DNA of 64,000 nucleotides from Chloroflexota bacterium. Its GTDB lineage: Bacteria; Chloroflexota; UBA11872; VXOZ01. The DNA lies in the NCBI GenBank assembly GCA_965221905.1, contig OZ244922.1, positions 2,148,845 through 2,212,844 of the forward strand, given 5' to 3'. Both the position numbers and the translations under genes were made by a program. Under the pieces are notes generated by a model. It did not search any database. It was given only the letters and a program-made list of their open reading frames with translations, and was not told the DNA's origin. The first letter of the stretch is position 1, and each line of letters begins with the position of its first letter. Shown one piece after another: positions 49,159 to 59,155 of this stretch.

Positions 49159-50286
49159 GTGAAAATCTCGTGCCTACAAGAAAACCTCGCCAAAGGCCTC
49201 GCCATCGTTGGCCGGGCAGTGGCAACGCGCAGCCCCCTCCCTGTACTGAGCAATGTCTTGATCGCTACCGACCAAGGGCGTCTAAAGCTCTCGGCAATGA
49301 ATCAAGAGATTGGAATCGTCCATTGGATTGGCTGTAAGGTCGAGACAGAGGGCGAAGTCACAGTGCTCGCGCGGTTGCTTAGCGAGTTTATCGGTTCGCT
49401 GCCCAATGAACGTGTGGATTTGGAACTAGATAGTGAAAACCTTACGCTGCACCTCAATTGTGGACGGTACCAGGCAAACGTCAAGGGGATCGCAGCGGAG
49501 GAATTCCCCCCAATTCCGTTGGGTGACGGGGACCCCACGCTTGTGCTGGACGCAACGCTGCTGCGGGAGAGCATCGAGCAGGTGGCCATGGCGGCAGCCA
49601 GCGATGACCCCCGTCAATACCTTCAAGGAGTGGCGGTAATCATCGAGCCGGATAAGGTCGTGCTTGTAGCGTCAGACGGGTTTCGCATGGCCGTGCGTAC
49701 GCTCGCGGTCGAGAGCGGCGTTAGCGAGAAAACCGAGTTCATTGTACCTGCCCGCAGCTTGACGGAGCTATCGCGCGTCTTGACCGATAGCGAGCATCCG
49801 GTAGAGATTCGCCTTACCCAGAATCGCAACCAAGTAATCTTCAGTACCGGTGACGTACACCTGGTCTCACGCCTCATCGAAGGCACTTTCCCCAACTACA
49901 CGCAGATGATTCCTGCCGACCACCAGACGGACATTCAGGTCTCCACGGCTGATCTCATGCAATGTACTCGCATGGCGTCGTTCTTTGCGCGCGATGGGGC
50001 CAATGTGATCAAACTGGAAGCCACACCGGACGATGAGAAAGGCAACCTTACCATTACGGCAACCGCCACCGAACTTGGCGATAACCGCTCAGACCTGGAG
50101 GCGCAGGTCACTGGTGAGGAAACGCTCATCGCATTCAATGCTCGCTATCTACTCGATTGCATAAATGCCATTAATTCACCTGACATGAAAATCGAGCTTG
50201 CAGGTTCGACCAGCCCGGGGGTTATTCGCCCTACTGACGATACTGACTATGTCCATGTGATTATGCCTATGCACACAGTACGGTGA
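49159..50286 (+). CDS. dnaN: DNA polymerase III beta sliding clamp
   Basis: Three-domain beta clamp: LQENLAKGLAIVGRAV...LPVLSNVLI. GTG start. Confidence 0.85.
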   Translation: MKISCLQENLAKGLAIVGRAVATRSPLPVLSNVLIATDQGRLKLSAMNQEIGIVHWIGCKVETEGEVTVLARLLSEFIGSLPNERVDLELDSENLTLHLNCGRYQANVKGIAAEEFPPIPLGDGDPTLVLDATLLRESIEQVAMAAASDDPRQYLQGVAVIIEPDKVVLVASDGFRMAVRTLAVESGVSEKTEFIVPARSLTELSRVLTDSEHPVEIRLTQNRNQVIFSTGDVHLVSRLIEGTFPNYTQMIPADHQTDIQVSTADLMQCTRMASFFARDGANVIKLEATPDDEKGNLTITATATELGDNRSDLEAQVTGEETLIAFNARYLLDCINAINSPDMKIELAGSTSPGVIRPTDDTDYVHVIMPMHTVR

Positions 50287-50288
50287 GT

Positions 50289-51224
50289 ATGCGTACAGAG
50301 GTCGAACAGAATCTCATGATTCGGGAAGACACGCTGCCCTCGTCTGAGCGAGGCAATGTGATTCGAACCGCAGTTTGCCAGTATGCGCCGGTGCTCGGGG
50401 ACTTGCCTGCCAATGTTGAAAAGGGCGCACAGGCGATTCAAGAAGCGGCCGATAACGGCGCCGACCTGATCGTACTACCTGAGATGGCAAACAGTGGCTA
50501 TGTCGTGTTTTCCAGCGACGAAGCACGTGCGCTAGCGGAGCGACCGGATGAAAGCCCTGCCATGGCACGCTGGCAGCAGCTCGCGCAAGAGTATGACACA
50601 CATATCGTCGCCGGCATTGGCGAAAAAGTTAGTGAAACTGAGCTCTATAATTCGGCTCTCGTCATTGGCCCCGCCGGCATTCTCGGCACATACCGCAAGA
50701 CGCATCTCTTCTATGAGGAAAAACTCTACTACAGGCCTGGCAACTTGGGCTATCCGGTCTTTGACCTGCCGTTCGGTCGTGTCGGCATTCTGATTTGCTA
50801 TGACCTTAGGTTTCCTGAGGCAAGCCGCATTCTGGCGCTGCGGGGGGCTGACATGATCTGCGTACCTACGAATTGGGTAAGCATGATGACCCCGGATAGA
50901 CTGTGGGATTCGCAAGGGTACTGTCAGGCGAACTATGTGGCTCTTGCCAATGCCGTGATGAACCAGGTGTTCATGGCGTGCGCCGACCGCGTAGGCAAAG
51001 AGCGCGGCGTTCAGTTTCTGGGCTGCAGCCTCATCATCGATCCCGCAGGCACGCCCCTGGCCGGCCCGGCCAGCACCGACGGTGATGAAGTGCTGGTAGC
51101 GGAAATGAACCTCTCCTCCGCCCGCAGAGCGAAGCATAGAAACGAACTCAACCATGCCTGGCTCGACCGTAGAACAGACCTCTATAGCTCTACGCTTGGT
51201 TATGAAGCAGATCCACACCCATAG
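50289..51224 (+). CDS. Carbon-nitrogen hydrolase (nitrilase superfamily)
   Basis: Catalytic Cys in GILICYDLRFPE. The ATG lies 2 nt after the dnaN stop, so the two are translationally coupled. Confidence 0.75.
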   Translation: MRTEVEQNLMIREDTLPSSERGNVIRTAVCQYAPVLGDLPANVEKGAQAIQEAADNGADLIVLPEMANSGYVVFSSDEARALAERPDESPAMARWQQLAQEYDTHIVAGIGEKVSETELYNSALVIGPAGILGTYRKTHLFYEEKLYYRPGNLGYPVFDLPFGRVGILICYDLRFPEASRILALRGADMICVPTNWVSMMTPDRLWDSQGYCQANYVALANAVMNQVFMACADRVGKERGVQFLGCSLIIDPAGTPLAGPASTDGDEVLVAEMNLSSARRAKHRNELNHAWLDRRTDLYSSTLGYEADPHP

Positions 51225-51445
51225 AGTGTCACTTCTTGAAGACTTAGAGAAGAGCTACCCTCATTGGTGAGACCTCGTCTGGTGTAAACGGATCAGTTAC
51301 TTCTCAGCCGGGGACTTCCACATAGAGGAGGAGCGTCTTGCTAGTGTGCGGCAAAGAAGCTTGTTCGCAGAGAGGAAGCGCAATTTGCCAGCTACCTATC
51401 AATCCCCTTATTCCCATTCAAGGCACTAGGAGCTAGCGTATTCAA

Positions 51446-53803
51446 GTGAGTCTGCCGACATTCCACGTAGCTCACAAGTCTGTGCCGTCTTCCGTGCCTG
51501 GGCAGACACCGTTCCTTACTTGCGAGAGCAAGTGTAACTTGACGGTACCTGGAGTGAAGACACTCAGGGCATCAAGAGTTGCCACCCGAGCACTCAGGCA
51601 AGTCTTTTGCATCTTGGGTCTGCTCCTCGCAGGAAGCGTTATACTAGCATCCTGCGGCGACAGAGATAAAGAGGCCGAGACTCCATCCGCCGCGATCCCG
51701 CCATCTGCCGCCAATCTAACCGAGGCATCTACTCTCCTCTCATCACTGCCTTGCTTTACCGACCTCACCGCAGCGCACAAGGCTGGTCCCGTTGCAAGTC
51801 CAACACCGGAGACCATTAGGATCCAGATGCTCGAGCGTCCATACCGCATAGTCCCCAATGATATCGTGCTCAAGCGGGGTCGCAGCTATCGGCTCATCAT
51901 ACAGGCCAACGAGGAGTGGCAGCACTTCGCCTCAGGCGTACTAACCTATGACATTAACCTTCCCCCTCACGGCCAAGCGGAGGTTCTCCTGCAGCCACAG
52001 CAACTCGGCGTGTTTCCAATCTCAAATCATCGTCACATTCCGGAGAGCATCCTTAGAAGCACCATAACCGTAGTACCAGCGAGCATTGAAGTCTCCACAT
52101 GGAATCCACTCTGTGCGGAACTCTCCGTTGAATCTCCACCGACCGGCGCTGACTTGAGCACACCATTCGTTATCCAAGGCTCCGTGATCCATCCCGGCGA
52201 CAGTAGTCTTCGCGTAACGCGCATAGAGGCCTGGAGTAACGATATTCTGGTGGGTAGTACCGCAAGTGAGCAGCTTATTCCTCGCGGCAATAGCAGCGAA
52301 TTCTTCCTCACCGTCCTAGACCTGCCTCCAGGCGACCACTCCCTACTGCTCAAGGCTTCTCTTCAGAACGGCGCTCTCGCAGCTACTGCGACCATGCAAA
52401 TCTCTACACCCGCAGAAAGCCCACCTACTGCTTTGCTGCCTGGCTATCGTGGCAACATCGATCTTCCTGCCGAAGGCGGCTTTCTCAGTCTTCCCGTTAC
52501 AATTCAAGGCTGGGTCGTCATACCGGGAAGCAAGAGTGGCACCGGTGTTGGATCTGTTGAAATCTGGAACGGACCACGTGAAACGGGTACGTTTCTCACT
52601 GAAGCAGTCTACGGCACGTATCGCCCTGATGTAGCCGAAGCACTAGGTGACCCTAACTACTCCAGCAGCGGGTTTTACGCCGAAGTCTTCGACCTACCTG
52701 CCGGCCCCGTTGAGCTCCACCTTTACGTACGCGACCGCGAAGCCGGTGAGTACGTGTCCCCCCGATTTCGCCAATCTTCGCTTACCCGCAGCGTCTCCCT
52801 CGCTGAAGGCAAAGTCACCGATGCAGACTGGCCTGTGGCCCTGGCAGCCGCTCCAGACGGCAGGCTCTTCTATGCTGAACTCCTCACCGGCAACATACGC
52901 ATTTGGCGCGACGGTCAGCTTCTCCCGGTTCCCTTCGGCTCTATCGTTGACGTCTCAAATCATGGAGAGTCCGGTCTCCTTGGCCTTGCCCTTCATCCAG
53001 AATTCCCGCAAGAGCCGTATGTCTATGCCATGTACACGGTAGATTATCCGGAGACGGGCTTCCCTCTTATCCAGCGCGTCGTTCGTTTTCGCGACGATAA
53101 CGGAACCGGCAGGGATTACACTGTGATCATCGAAAACCTCCCCGCAACAACAACGGGTCTTCACAACGGCGGTCGCATTGCCTTTGGGCCGGATGGCAAG
53201 CTTTATCTCACAATTGGCGATACTGACATACCGGACCTAGCCCAAGACCCCACAAATCTGGCAGGCTCCATCCTGCGATTCAATCCCGATGGCACCATCC
53301 CCAACGATAATCCCATTCCTGGTTCTCCTATTTACGCCATGGGATTGCGAAATGTCTTTGGTCTTGCATTCCAGCCGGAGAGCGGATACTTGTTCGCGAC
53401 TGAGAACGGGCCGGGCGGATTTGACGAGGTAAATAGGATTCAAGCCGGCCATAACTACGGCTGGCCGGGCTATATGGGTGTAACCAATGAGAAGGGTTTT
53501 ACCGATCCAATCATAGTCTTTGGCACGTGGCCGAATCCGACCTACGGCCCCACCGGGGCGGCCTTCGCACCTGGAAATCCGGAACTCTTCCTCTTCTGCG
53601 CCTTCCACGTGCCCTCGCTCCATGCGCTGCAATTGGGTGGTCCTGACTACAGCACGGTAGAACGCGAACTGGTGTTGTCGAAGCACTGTATTCTGGACGC
53701 AGCGGCCTCTGACGACGGTTGGATCTACTACAGCACTACCTCCGCCATCTTCAGAGCACGGCTTGATGACCTGTTGCAACTTCACGAGTATGAGGCACAA
53801 TGA
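51446..53803 (+). CDS. Lipoprotein, paralog 1 of 3: cupredoxin-like domain, Ig-like region and PQQ-type sugar dehydrogenase (SGDH) beta-propeller
   Basis: Lipobox ILASCGD. The N-terminal PTPETIRIQMLERPYRIVPNDIVL... is cupredoxin-like and has no Cys. The C-terminal AWPVALAAAPDGRLFYAELLTGNIRI...HNGGRIAFGPDG...NYGWP matches glucose/sorbosone dehydrogenase. Confidence 0.65.
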   Translation: MSLPTFHVAHKSVPSSVPGQTPFLTCESKCNLTVPGVKTLRASRVATRALRQVFCILGLLLAGSVILASCGDRDKEAETPSAAIPPSAANLTEASTLLSSLPCFTDLTAAHKAGPVASPTPETIRIQMLERPYRIVPNDIVLKRGRSYRLIIQANEEWQHFASGVLTYDINLPPHGQAEVLLQPQQLGVFPISNHRHIPESILRSTITVVPASIEVSTWNPLCAELSVESPPTGADLSTPFVIQGSVIHPGDSSLRVTRIEAWSNDILVGSTASEQLIPRGNSSEFFLTVLDLPPGDHSLLLKASLQNGALAATATMQISTPAESPPTALLPGYRGNIDLPAEGGFLSLPVTIQGWVVIPGSKSGTGVGSVEIWNGPRETGTFLTEAVYGTYRPDVAEALGDPNYSSSGFYAEVFDLPAGPVELHLYVRDREAGEYVSPRFRQSSLTRSVSLAEGKVTDADWPVALAAAPDGRLFYAELLTGNIRIWRDGQLLPVPFGSIVDVSNHGESGLLGLALHPEFPQEPYVYAMYTVDYPETGFPLIQRVVRFRDDNGTGRDYTVIIENLPATTTGLHNGGRIAFGPDGKLYLTIGDTDIPDLAQDPTNLAGSILRFNPDGTIPNDNPIPGSPIYAMGLRNVFGLAFQPESGYLFATENGPGGFDEVNRIQAGHNYGWPGYMGVTNEKGFTDPIIVFGTWPNPTYGPTGAAFAPGNPELFLFCAFHVPSLHALQLGGPDYSTVERELVLSKHCILDAAASDDGWIYYSTTSAIFRARLDDLLQLHEYEAQ

Positions 53804-54082
53804 GTTACTGTGGTGGCAAGCCAACGATACGTCTTCATTCGCCAGGCAAAAGGGCAAAGTGCCGGGCAATTTGGGGAAGGTGAAGTGCTCTAATTCTTGT
53901 CCTTAGTCAGACACACTCTCTACAACGTGAATAAGCGCCTGTAGACACAGGCTCTGTTTCAAAGTCATTAGAGTTGGCGAAGTGCCGAATTATCGCAATT
54001 GCAGGATCACAGAATGTCGCACCTTTCGCAATTGAGTTGCACAGATGTGACTGATCAAGATAAGTAAGGAGAACCTAGCAAG

Positions 54083-56347
54083 TTGCTGGTGGAGGAACGC
54101 GGTGGCTACTCTCACACGGTGAATTCTTACACTTACATCCTTAGCATGATTGTCTTAGGGTCGATCCTGTTGGCGTCATGTGGCGACGGTGGGGAAAAAA
54201 TCGCTGCGCCCACAGCGTTTCTTCCTTCGCCAGAACCGGATGCTACACGTCTACCCAGCCAGGCTCCGTTTGCACCCCTCCCGCCGCTATTGCCATGCCA
54301 CATTGAGCTTGTTGAAGCGGAAAAGGCTGAACCCATTGTTAGCCCCACGCCAGAGACAATCAGACTGCAAGTGCTTGATCGTCCTTACCGAATAGTTCCT
54401 AACGACATCGTCCTCATTCGTAATCGTAGCTATCGACTAATCTTGCAAGCGCACAACGATTGGCTCCAATTTTCCGTAGGCATCTTGAGCCACGACCTTC
54501 TCATACCACCAAACGGAGAAGCCGAGACAATTGTGCAACCCAAAGTCCTAGGCATCTATCCAATCTCGAATGTTCGTCACCTACCTGAAACCGACTTGGC
54601 AAGCACCATTACGGTGGTTCCTGAAGGCGCATCCGTGTCAACGTGGCATCCGTATTGCGCCGAACTGTCCGTTCTAGCTCCACCGCCAGACGCCACTGTG
54701 AGTGCGCCATTCGTCATTCAGGGTTCAGTCGTGGAACCCAGCGTTGGCGATCTTCGCGTTACGCGTATCGAGGCCTGGAGCGATGGCAGGAAAGTAGGCG
54801 AAACGTCAAGAGAGCACTTCATATCCCAAGACTCATACGAAGACTTCCTCCTTACCATTCCATACTTGCCTCCAGGCACCCACTCACTGCTCCTCCAGGC
54901 TTATCTTCAAAACGGAAGTCTGGCCGTTACGGCATCTTTGCCACTCTCCATACTCGCTGAACCTGCCTCTACCACTCCATCCCAAGGTTACCGTGGCAGC
55001 ATAGACATCCCTGACGAGAACCGTCTCCTTAGCCTTCCTGTCACAGTTCAAGGCTGGGCAGTCATTCCTGGCAGTAGGAACGGCACTGGTGTCGGTTCGG
55101 TCGAAGTCTGGAACGGGCCGCGCGAGACCGGTTCATTTCTCACCGAAGCTATTTACGGCACGTATCGCCCTGATGTAGTTCAAGTCCTCGGCGATCCCCG
55201 TTTTGCGAGCAGCGGATTCTACGCTAGAATTCCCAATCTCTCTGCAGGTCCCGCCAACCTCCATATCTACATCCGTGACCGCGAATCCGGCGACTACGTG
55301 TCCCCCCACCTCTTTCAATCGCCTTTAGTACGCAGTTTCTCCCTAGCAGAGGGCAAAGTCACCGATGCGGCCTGGCCTGTGGCCCTTGCGGCCGCCCCAG
55401 ACGGCCGGCTCTTCTTTGCCGAGCTACTCACCGGCAATATTCGCATCCTGCAAGGTGATAAAATTCTCCCAGAACCCTTTGCTACACTTAGGGATGTATC
55501 GAACTATTGGGAGTCTGGCCTTATGGGGCTTGCCCTCCATCCAAACTTCCCACAAGAACCATACGTCTACGCAATGTACGTCGTGGAAAACCCTGAGACA
55601 GGTCTGCCCAGCGGCCAGCGCGTCGTGCGCTTTCGTGATGTCAACAATGCCGGTCAAGACTACACAGTGATCCTCGACAATCTGCCCTCTACGACCACCA
55701 ATAGACACAATGGCGGACGTATTGCCATAGGTCCCGACGGCAACCTCTATCTCTCTATCGGTGACATTGACATTCCTAGCCTCGCTCAAGACACCACGAG
55801 CCCCGTTGGTTCTATTCTTCGCATAAGTGCTGATGGCAGCATTCCCGATGACAATCCTATTTCCGGTTCACTTGTCTACGCCAGTGGTTTGCGCAATGTA
55901 TTTGGCCTCGCCTTCCAACCAGAGACTGGATATCTCTTTGCGACCGACAACGGCCCGGGCGGTTTCGATGAAGTGAACAAGATCGAAGCCGGCCACAACT
56001 ACGGCTGGCCTCTTCATATGGGCGTAACACGTTCAGAGGGTTATACCGACCCTATCGCCGTTTATGGTAACTGGCCTGAGAGACCCATCGGGCCTACCGG
56101 CGTGACCTTTAGTCCTGAACGACCGGACTTGCTGCTCTTTTGCGCTTACCACGACTTCTTCCTGCGCGCGGTGCGATTGAGCGGTCCAGAGTTCGAGTCC
56201 GCTGAGAGTACCACGGTACTGTCGAGAAACTGCGCGCTTGACGTGACTTACAGCGCTGACGGTTGGCTCTACTACAGCACAGTGTCCGCAATCTTCCGAG
56301 CGCGGCTCGATGACCTCGTGCGACTCCAAGAGGCAGACGCCAAGTGA
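54083..56347 (+). CDS. Lipoprotein, paralog 2 of 3: cupredoxin-like domain, Ig-like region and PQQ-type sugar dehydrogenase (SGDH) beta-propeller
   Basis: Same architecture. AAGGAGA ribosome-binding site before TTG 54083. Lipobox ILLASCGD. Confidence 0.65.
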   Translation: MLVEERGGYSHTVNSYTYILSMIVLGSILLASCGDGGEKIAAPTAFLPSPEPDATRLPSQAPFAPLPPLLPCHIELVEAEKAEPIVSPTPETIRLQVLDRPYRIVPNDIVLIRNRSYRLILQAHNDWLQFSVGILSHDLLIPPNGEAETIVQPKVLGIYPISNVRHLPETDLASTITVVPEGASVSTWHPYCAELSVLAPPPDATVSAPFVIQGSVVEPSVGDLRVTRIEAWSDGRKVGETSREHFISQDSYEDFLLTIPYLPPGTHSLLLQAYLQNGSLAVTASLPLSILAEPASTTPSQGYRGSIDIPDENRLLSLPVTVQGWAVIPGSRNGTGVGSVEVWNGPRETGSFLTEAIYGTYRPDVVQVLGDPRFASSGFYARIPNLSAGPANLHIYIRDRESGDYVSPHLFQSPLVRSFSLAEGKVTDAAWPVALAAAPDGRLFFAELLTGNIRILQGDKILPEPFATLRDVSNYWESGLMGLALHPNFPQEPYVYAMYVVENPETGLPSGQRVVRFRDVNNAGQDYTVILDNLPSTTTNRHNGGRIAIGPDGNLYLSIGDIDIPSLAQDTTSPVGSILRISADGSIPDDNPISGSLVYASGLRNVFGLAFQPETGYLFATDNGPGGFDEVNKIEAGHNYGWPLHMGVTRSEGYTDPIAVYGNWPERPIGPTGVTFSPERPDLLLFCAYHDFFLRAVRLSGPEFESAESTTVLSRNCALDVTYSADGWLYYSTVSAIFRARLDDLVRLQEADAK

Positions 56348-56572
56348 CCAGAGGCATGTGGGAGAATACTGCCATACCGTCCACCGAGAGTCTTTACAGA
56401 GCATCGGATCAAAAGATTTCAAGAAGCTTTGGGTCTTGTGGTACTCGCCGCTTGACAAATCTTCTTCAATTGAGAAGGAATGGCGAGTTGGAGGAAAGCG
56501 CCGGGCGCAGCGGAAGCAGCCAAGAGGGTGGTCCGGAAAGTACCTTGAGCAATATCCATCACTCTGCTTGGC

Positions 56573-58906
56573 GTGAAGAGAAAATTAGTGAGTAGAATAC
56601 GCGAAAAGAATGAGGAGCAAGCAATGGTTGAAGCAGAAGTCGCAAGAAGCGACTTACGATGCTGGTTGCGGCCCTGGCTCGCTTTTCTTCTCTGCTGCAT
56701 GTTAGTGGCCGTAACGATTCTCTTGGCGTCCTGCGGAGACGACCAAGAAGACTCTGAATCAGCGTCGTCGCCCCGGGCCTCAGTAGCAGGAGAAGCTACT
56801 GCCACGCCCATTGAGCAGTTTTTTGCGTGCTATATACACTTGAATTCGGCAAGTGTAGGTGAACCGTTGGTCACTCCAACCCCAGAGACAATCAGGATTC
56901 AGATGCTCGAGCGTCCTTACCGCATTATTCCTAACGACATTGTCCTCATACAAAACCGACCGTATCGCCTAATCATCCAGGCTGGCGAGGAGTGGCACCA
57001 GTTTGCCACGGAAGTCTTGAGCCAAGACGTATTGCTGCCACCAGGTGGCGAAGCGGAGATCCTTGTTCAACCACAGTTACTTGGCATATTCCCAATCCAT
57101 AACAACCGCCGCATTCAAGAAAGCTTACTGCCAAGCACAATCACGGTAGTACCCGAGGGAATTGAGCCTTCCACGTGGTACCCTTTTTGTGCCGAGTTCT
57201 CCGTGCATTCTCCGCCGCCCGATGCAAGCCTGAGTACACCGTTTGTCATTGAAGGTACTGTTGGGCCAGTAATACTGCAACCAACCATAATGGAGCCGGT
57301 TGGTCAGTTTCTCTTTGTCTCTCGTATTGAAGCGTGGAACAACGGGCGAATTGTTGGTACTGCCACAAGTGAGCAATTTAGGTCCCGCGGCCTCGACAGT
57401 GACTTCTACATTACCATTCCGAACCTGCCTCCTGGCACCCACATTTTACACCTCCAAGCTTCCCTTCAGAACGGCTCCATTGCTGCAACGGCAACTCTCC
57501 CCCTTGTGATTCCGGTAGACACATCGAGTGGGTCCCTCCTCCCAGGCTATCGTGGCAACATCGATCTCCCAATCGACAACGCGTTTCTTGATCTTCCTAT
57601 CACCATCCAGGGCTGGGTGGTCAACCCCGGCAGTGAAGACGGCACAGGCGTTGGTTCCGTAGAAATCTGGAACGGCCCTCGCGAGAGCGGTCAATTCCTC
57701 ACGGAGGCCGTTTACGGCACGTACCGCCCTGATGTAGCAGAATCACTGGACGATCCCACCTACGCCAGCAGCGGCTTCATCGCTCAACTCTCCAATGTGC
57801 CCGCCGGCCCTGTCAACCTCCACCTATACGTCCGTGACCGCGAGTCAGGTGATTATGTATCGCCGCGTTTCCGACAGTCGCCACTAATGCGTAGCGTTTC
57901 CCTGGCGGAGGGTAAAGTCGCCGATGCGGCCTGGCCTGTGGCCCTGGCTGCCGCTCCGGACGGGAGGCTCTTCTACGCTGAACTCCTCACCGGCAACATC
58001 CGTATTGTGAAAGACGGCCAAGTCCTACCGAAACCCTTCGCGACCCTCGAAAACGTCTCGAATTTCCGGGAGTCCGGCTTCATGGGCCTTGCTCTTCACC
58101 CGGACTTTGCCACTACCCCCTATGTCTATGCCATGTACGTCGTGGACAATCCCAGTACTGGCATCCCCAGCGGCCAGCGCGTTGTCCGCTTCCGCGACGT
58201 AGATGATATCGGCCAGGAATACACCGTGATTATCGACAACCTTCCCGCGCTAACGATCTCCTTCCATAATGGTGGGCGCATTGCTTTCGGCCCCGATGGG
58301 ATGCTTTATGTCTCCATCGGCGACACCGGCGAAGGCGAGCTTGCTCAGGACCCCAAGAGACTTGAGGGCTCCATTCTGCGCTACAATCCCGATGGCAGCA
58401 TCCCAAGCGACAATCCCATCCCAGGTTCTCCGGTCTATGCCATCGGTTTGCGCAATGTCTTTGGTCTCGCCTTCCAACCTGAGACCGGATTCCTCTACGC
58501 TACAGACAACGGCCCCGGCGGCTTCGACGAAGTAAACAAGATCGAAGCCGGTCTAAATTACGGGTGGCCGGGTCACATGGGGGTGGACAGCCCGGAAGGT
58601 TATACTGATCCAGTTGCAGTCTACGGCAACTGGCCCGAAACACCCATCGGGCCTACCGGTGCGACCTTTAGTCCTGAGCAACCGGACTTGCTGCTGTTCT
58701 GCGCTTATCACGGCTTTTTCCTACGCGCTGTGCGATTGAACGGTCCAGAATACGCAACAGCGCAAAGCACGACCGTGCTATCGAACAATTGCGCACTCGA
58801 CGTGACCTACAGCAGTGACGGTTGGCTGTATTACAGCACCATTTCTGAAATCTATCGTGCGCGACTGGAAGACCTCTTGCGCCTGCGTGAGGAGAATGCT
58901 CAATGA
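56573..58906 (+). CDS. Lipoprotein, paralog 3 of 3: cupredoxin-like domain, Ig-like region and PQQ-type sugar dehydrogenase (SGDH) beta-propeller
   Basis: Same architecture. The start may be ATG 56624 (GAGGAG ribosome-binding site) rather than GTG 56573. Lipobox ILLASCGD. Confidence 0.65.
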   Translation: MKRKLVSRIREKNEEQAMVEAEVARSDLRCWLRPWLAFLLCCMLVAVTILLASCGDDQEDSESASSPRASVAGEATATPIEQFFACYIHLNSASVGEPLVTPTPETIRIQMLERPYRIIPNDIVLIQNRPYRLIIQAGEEWHQFATEVLSQDVLLPPGGEAEILVQPQLLGIFPIHNNRRIQESLLPSTITVVPEGIEPSTWYPFCAEFSVHSPPPDASLSTPFVIEGTVGPVILQPTIMEPVGQFLFVSRIEAWNNGRIVGTATSEQFRSRGLDSDFYITIPNLPPGTHILHLQASLQNGSIAATATLPLVIPVDTSSGSLLPGYRGNIDLPIDNAFLDLPITIQGWVVNPGSEDGTGVGSVEIWNGPRESGQFLTEAVYGTYRPDVAESLDDPTYASSGFIAQLSNVPAGPVNLHLYVRDRESGDYVSPRFRQSPLMRSVSLAEGKVADAAWPVALAAAPDGRLFYAELLTGNIRIVKDGQVLPKPFATLENVSNFRESGFMGLALHPDFATTPYVYAMYVVDNPSTGIPSGQRVVRFRDVDDIGQEYTVIIDNLPALTISFHNGGRIAFGPDGMLYVSIGDTGEGELAQDPKRLEGSILRYNPDGSIPSDNPIPGSPVYAIGLRNVFGLAFQPETGFLYATDNGPGGFDEVNKIEAGLNYGWPGHMGVDSPEGYTDPVAVYGNWPETPIGPTGATFSPEQPDLLLFCAYHGFFLRAVRLNGPEYATAQSTTVLSNNCALDVTYSSDGWLYYSTISEIYRARLEDLLRLREENAQ

Positions 58907-59155
58907 ACGTCCTTAGAGCACAATGAGTGCTACGTCTCTTCTCGCGAGACTGCGGAAAACATCGAATCCTCTGCGACACATGGCAAGTCTGAGACCTAGT
59001 TATGAGACGCTCTGCTGCTAGCTGCTGGGCTGGCAGTGCGGACATCTTCCCGTAGACGACCTGTCCTTTGGCAAAACCAATGCAGGCAATCGAGTACTCG
59101 CTTATGATGGGTGAAGTTGATTGATCCCCGTATTCGACGATGGAGGCACAATTCC

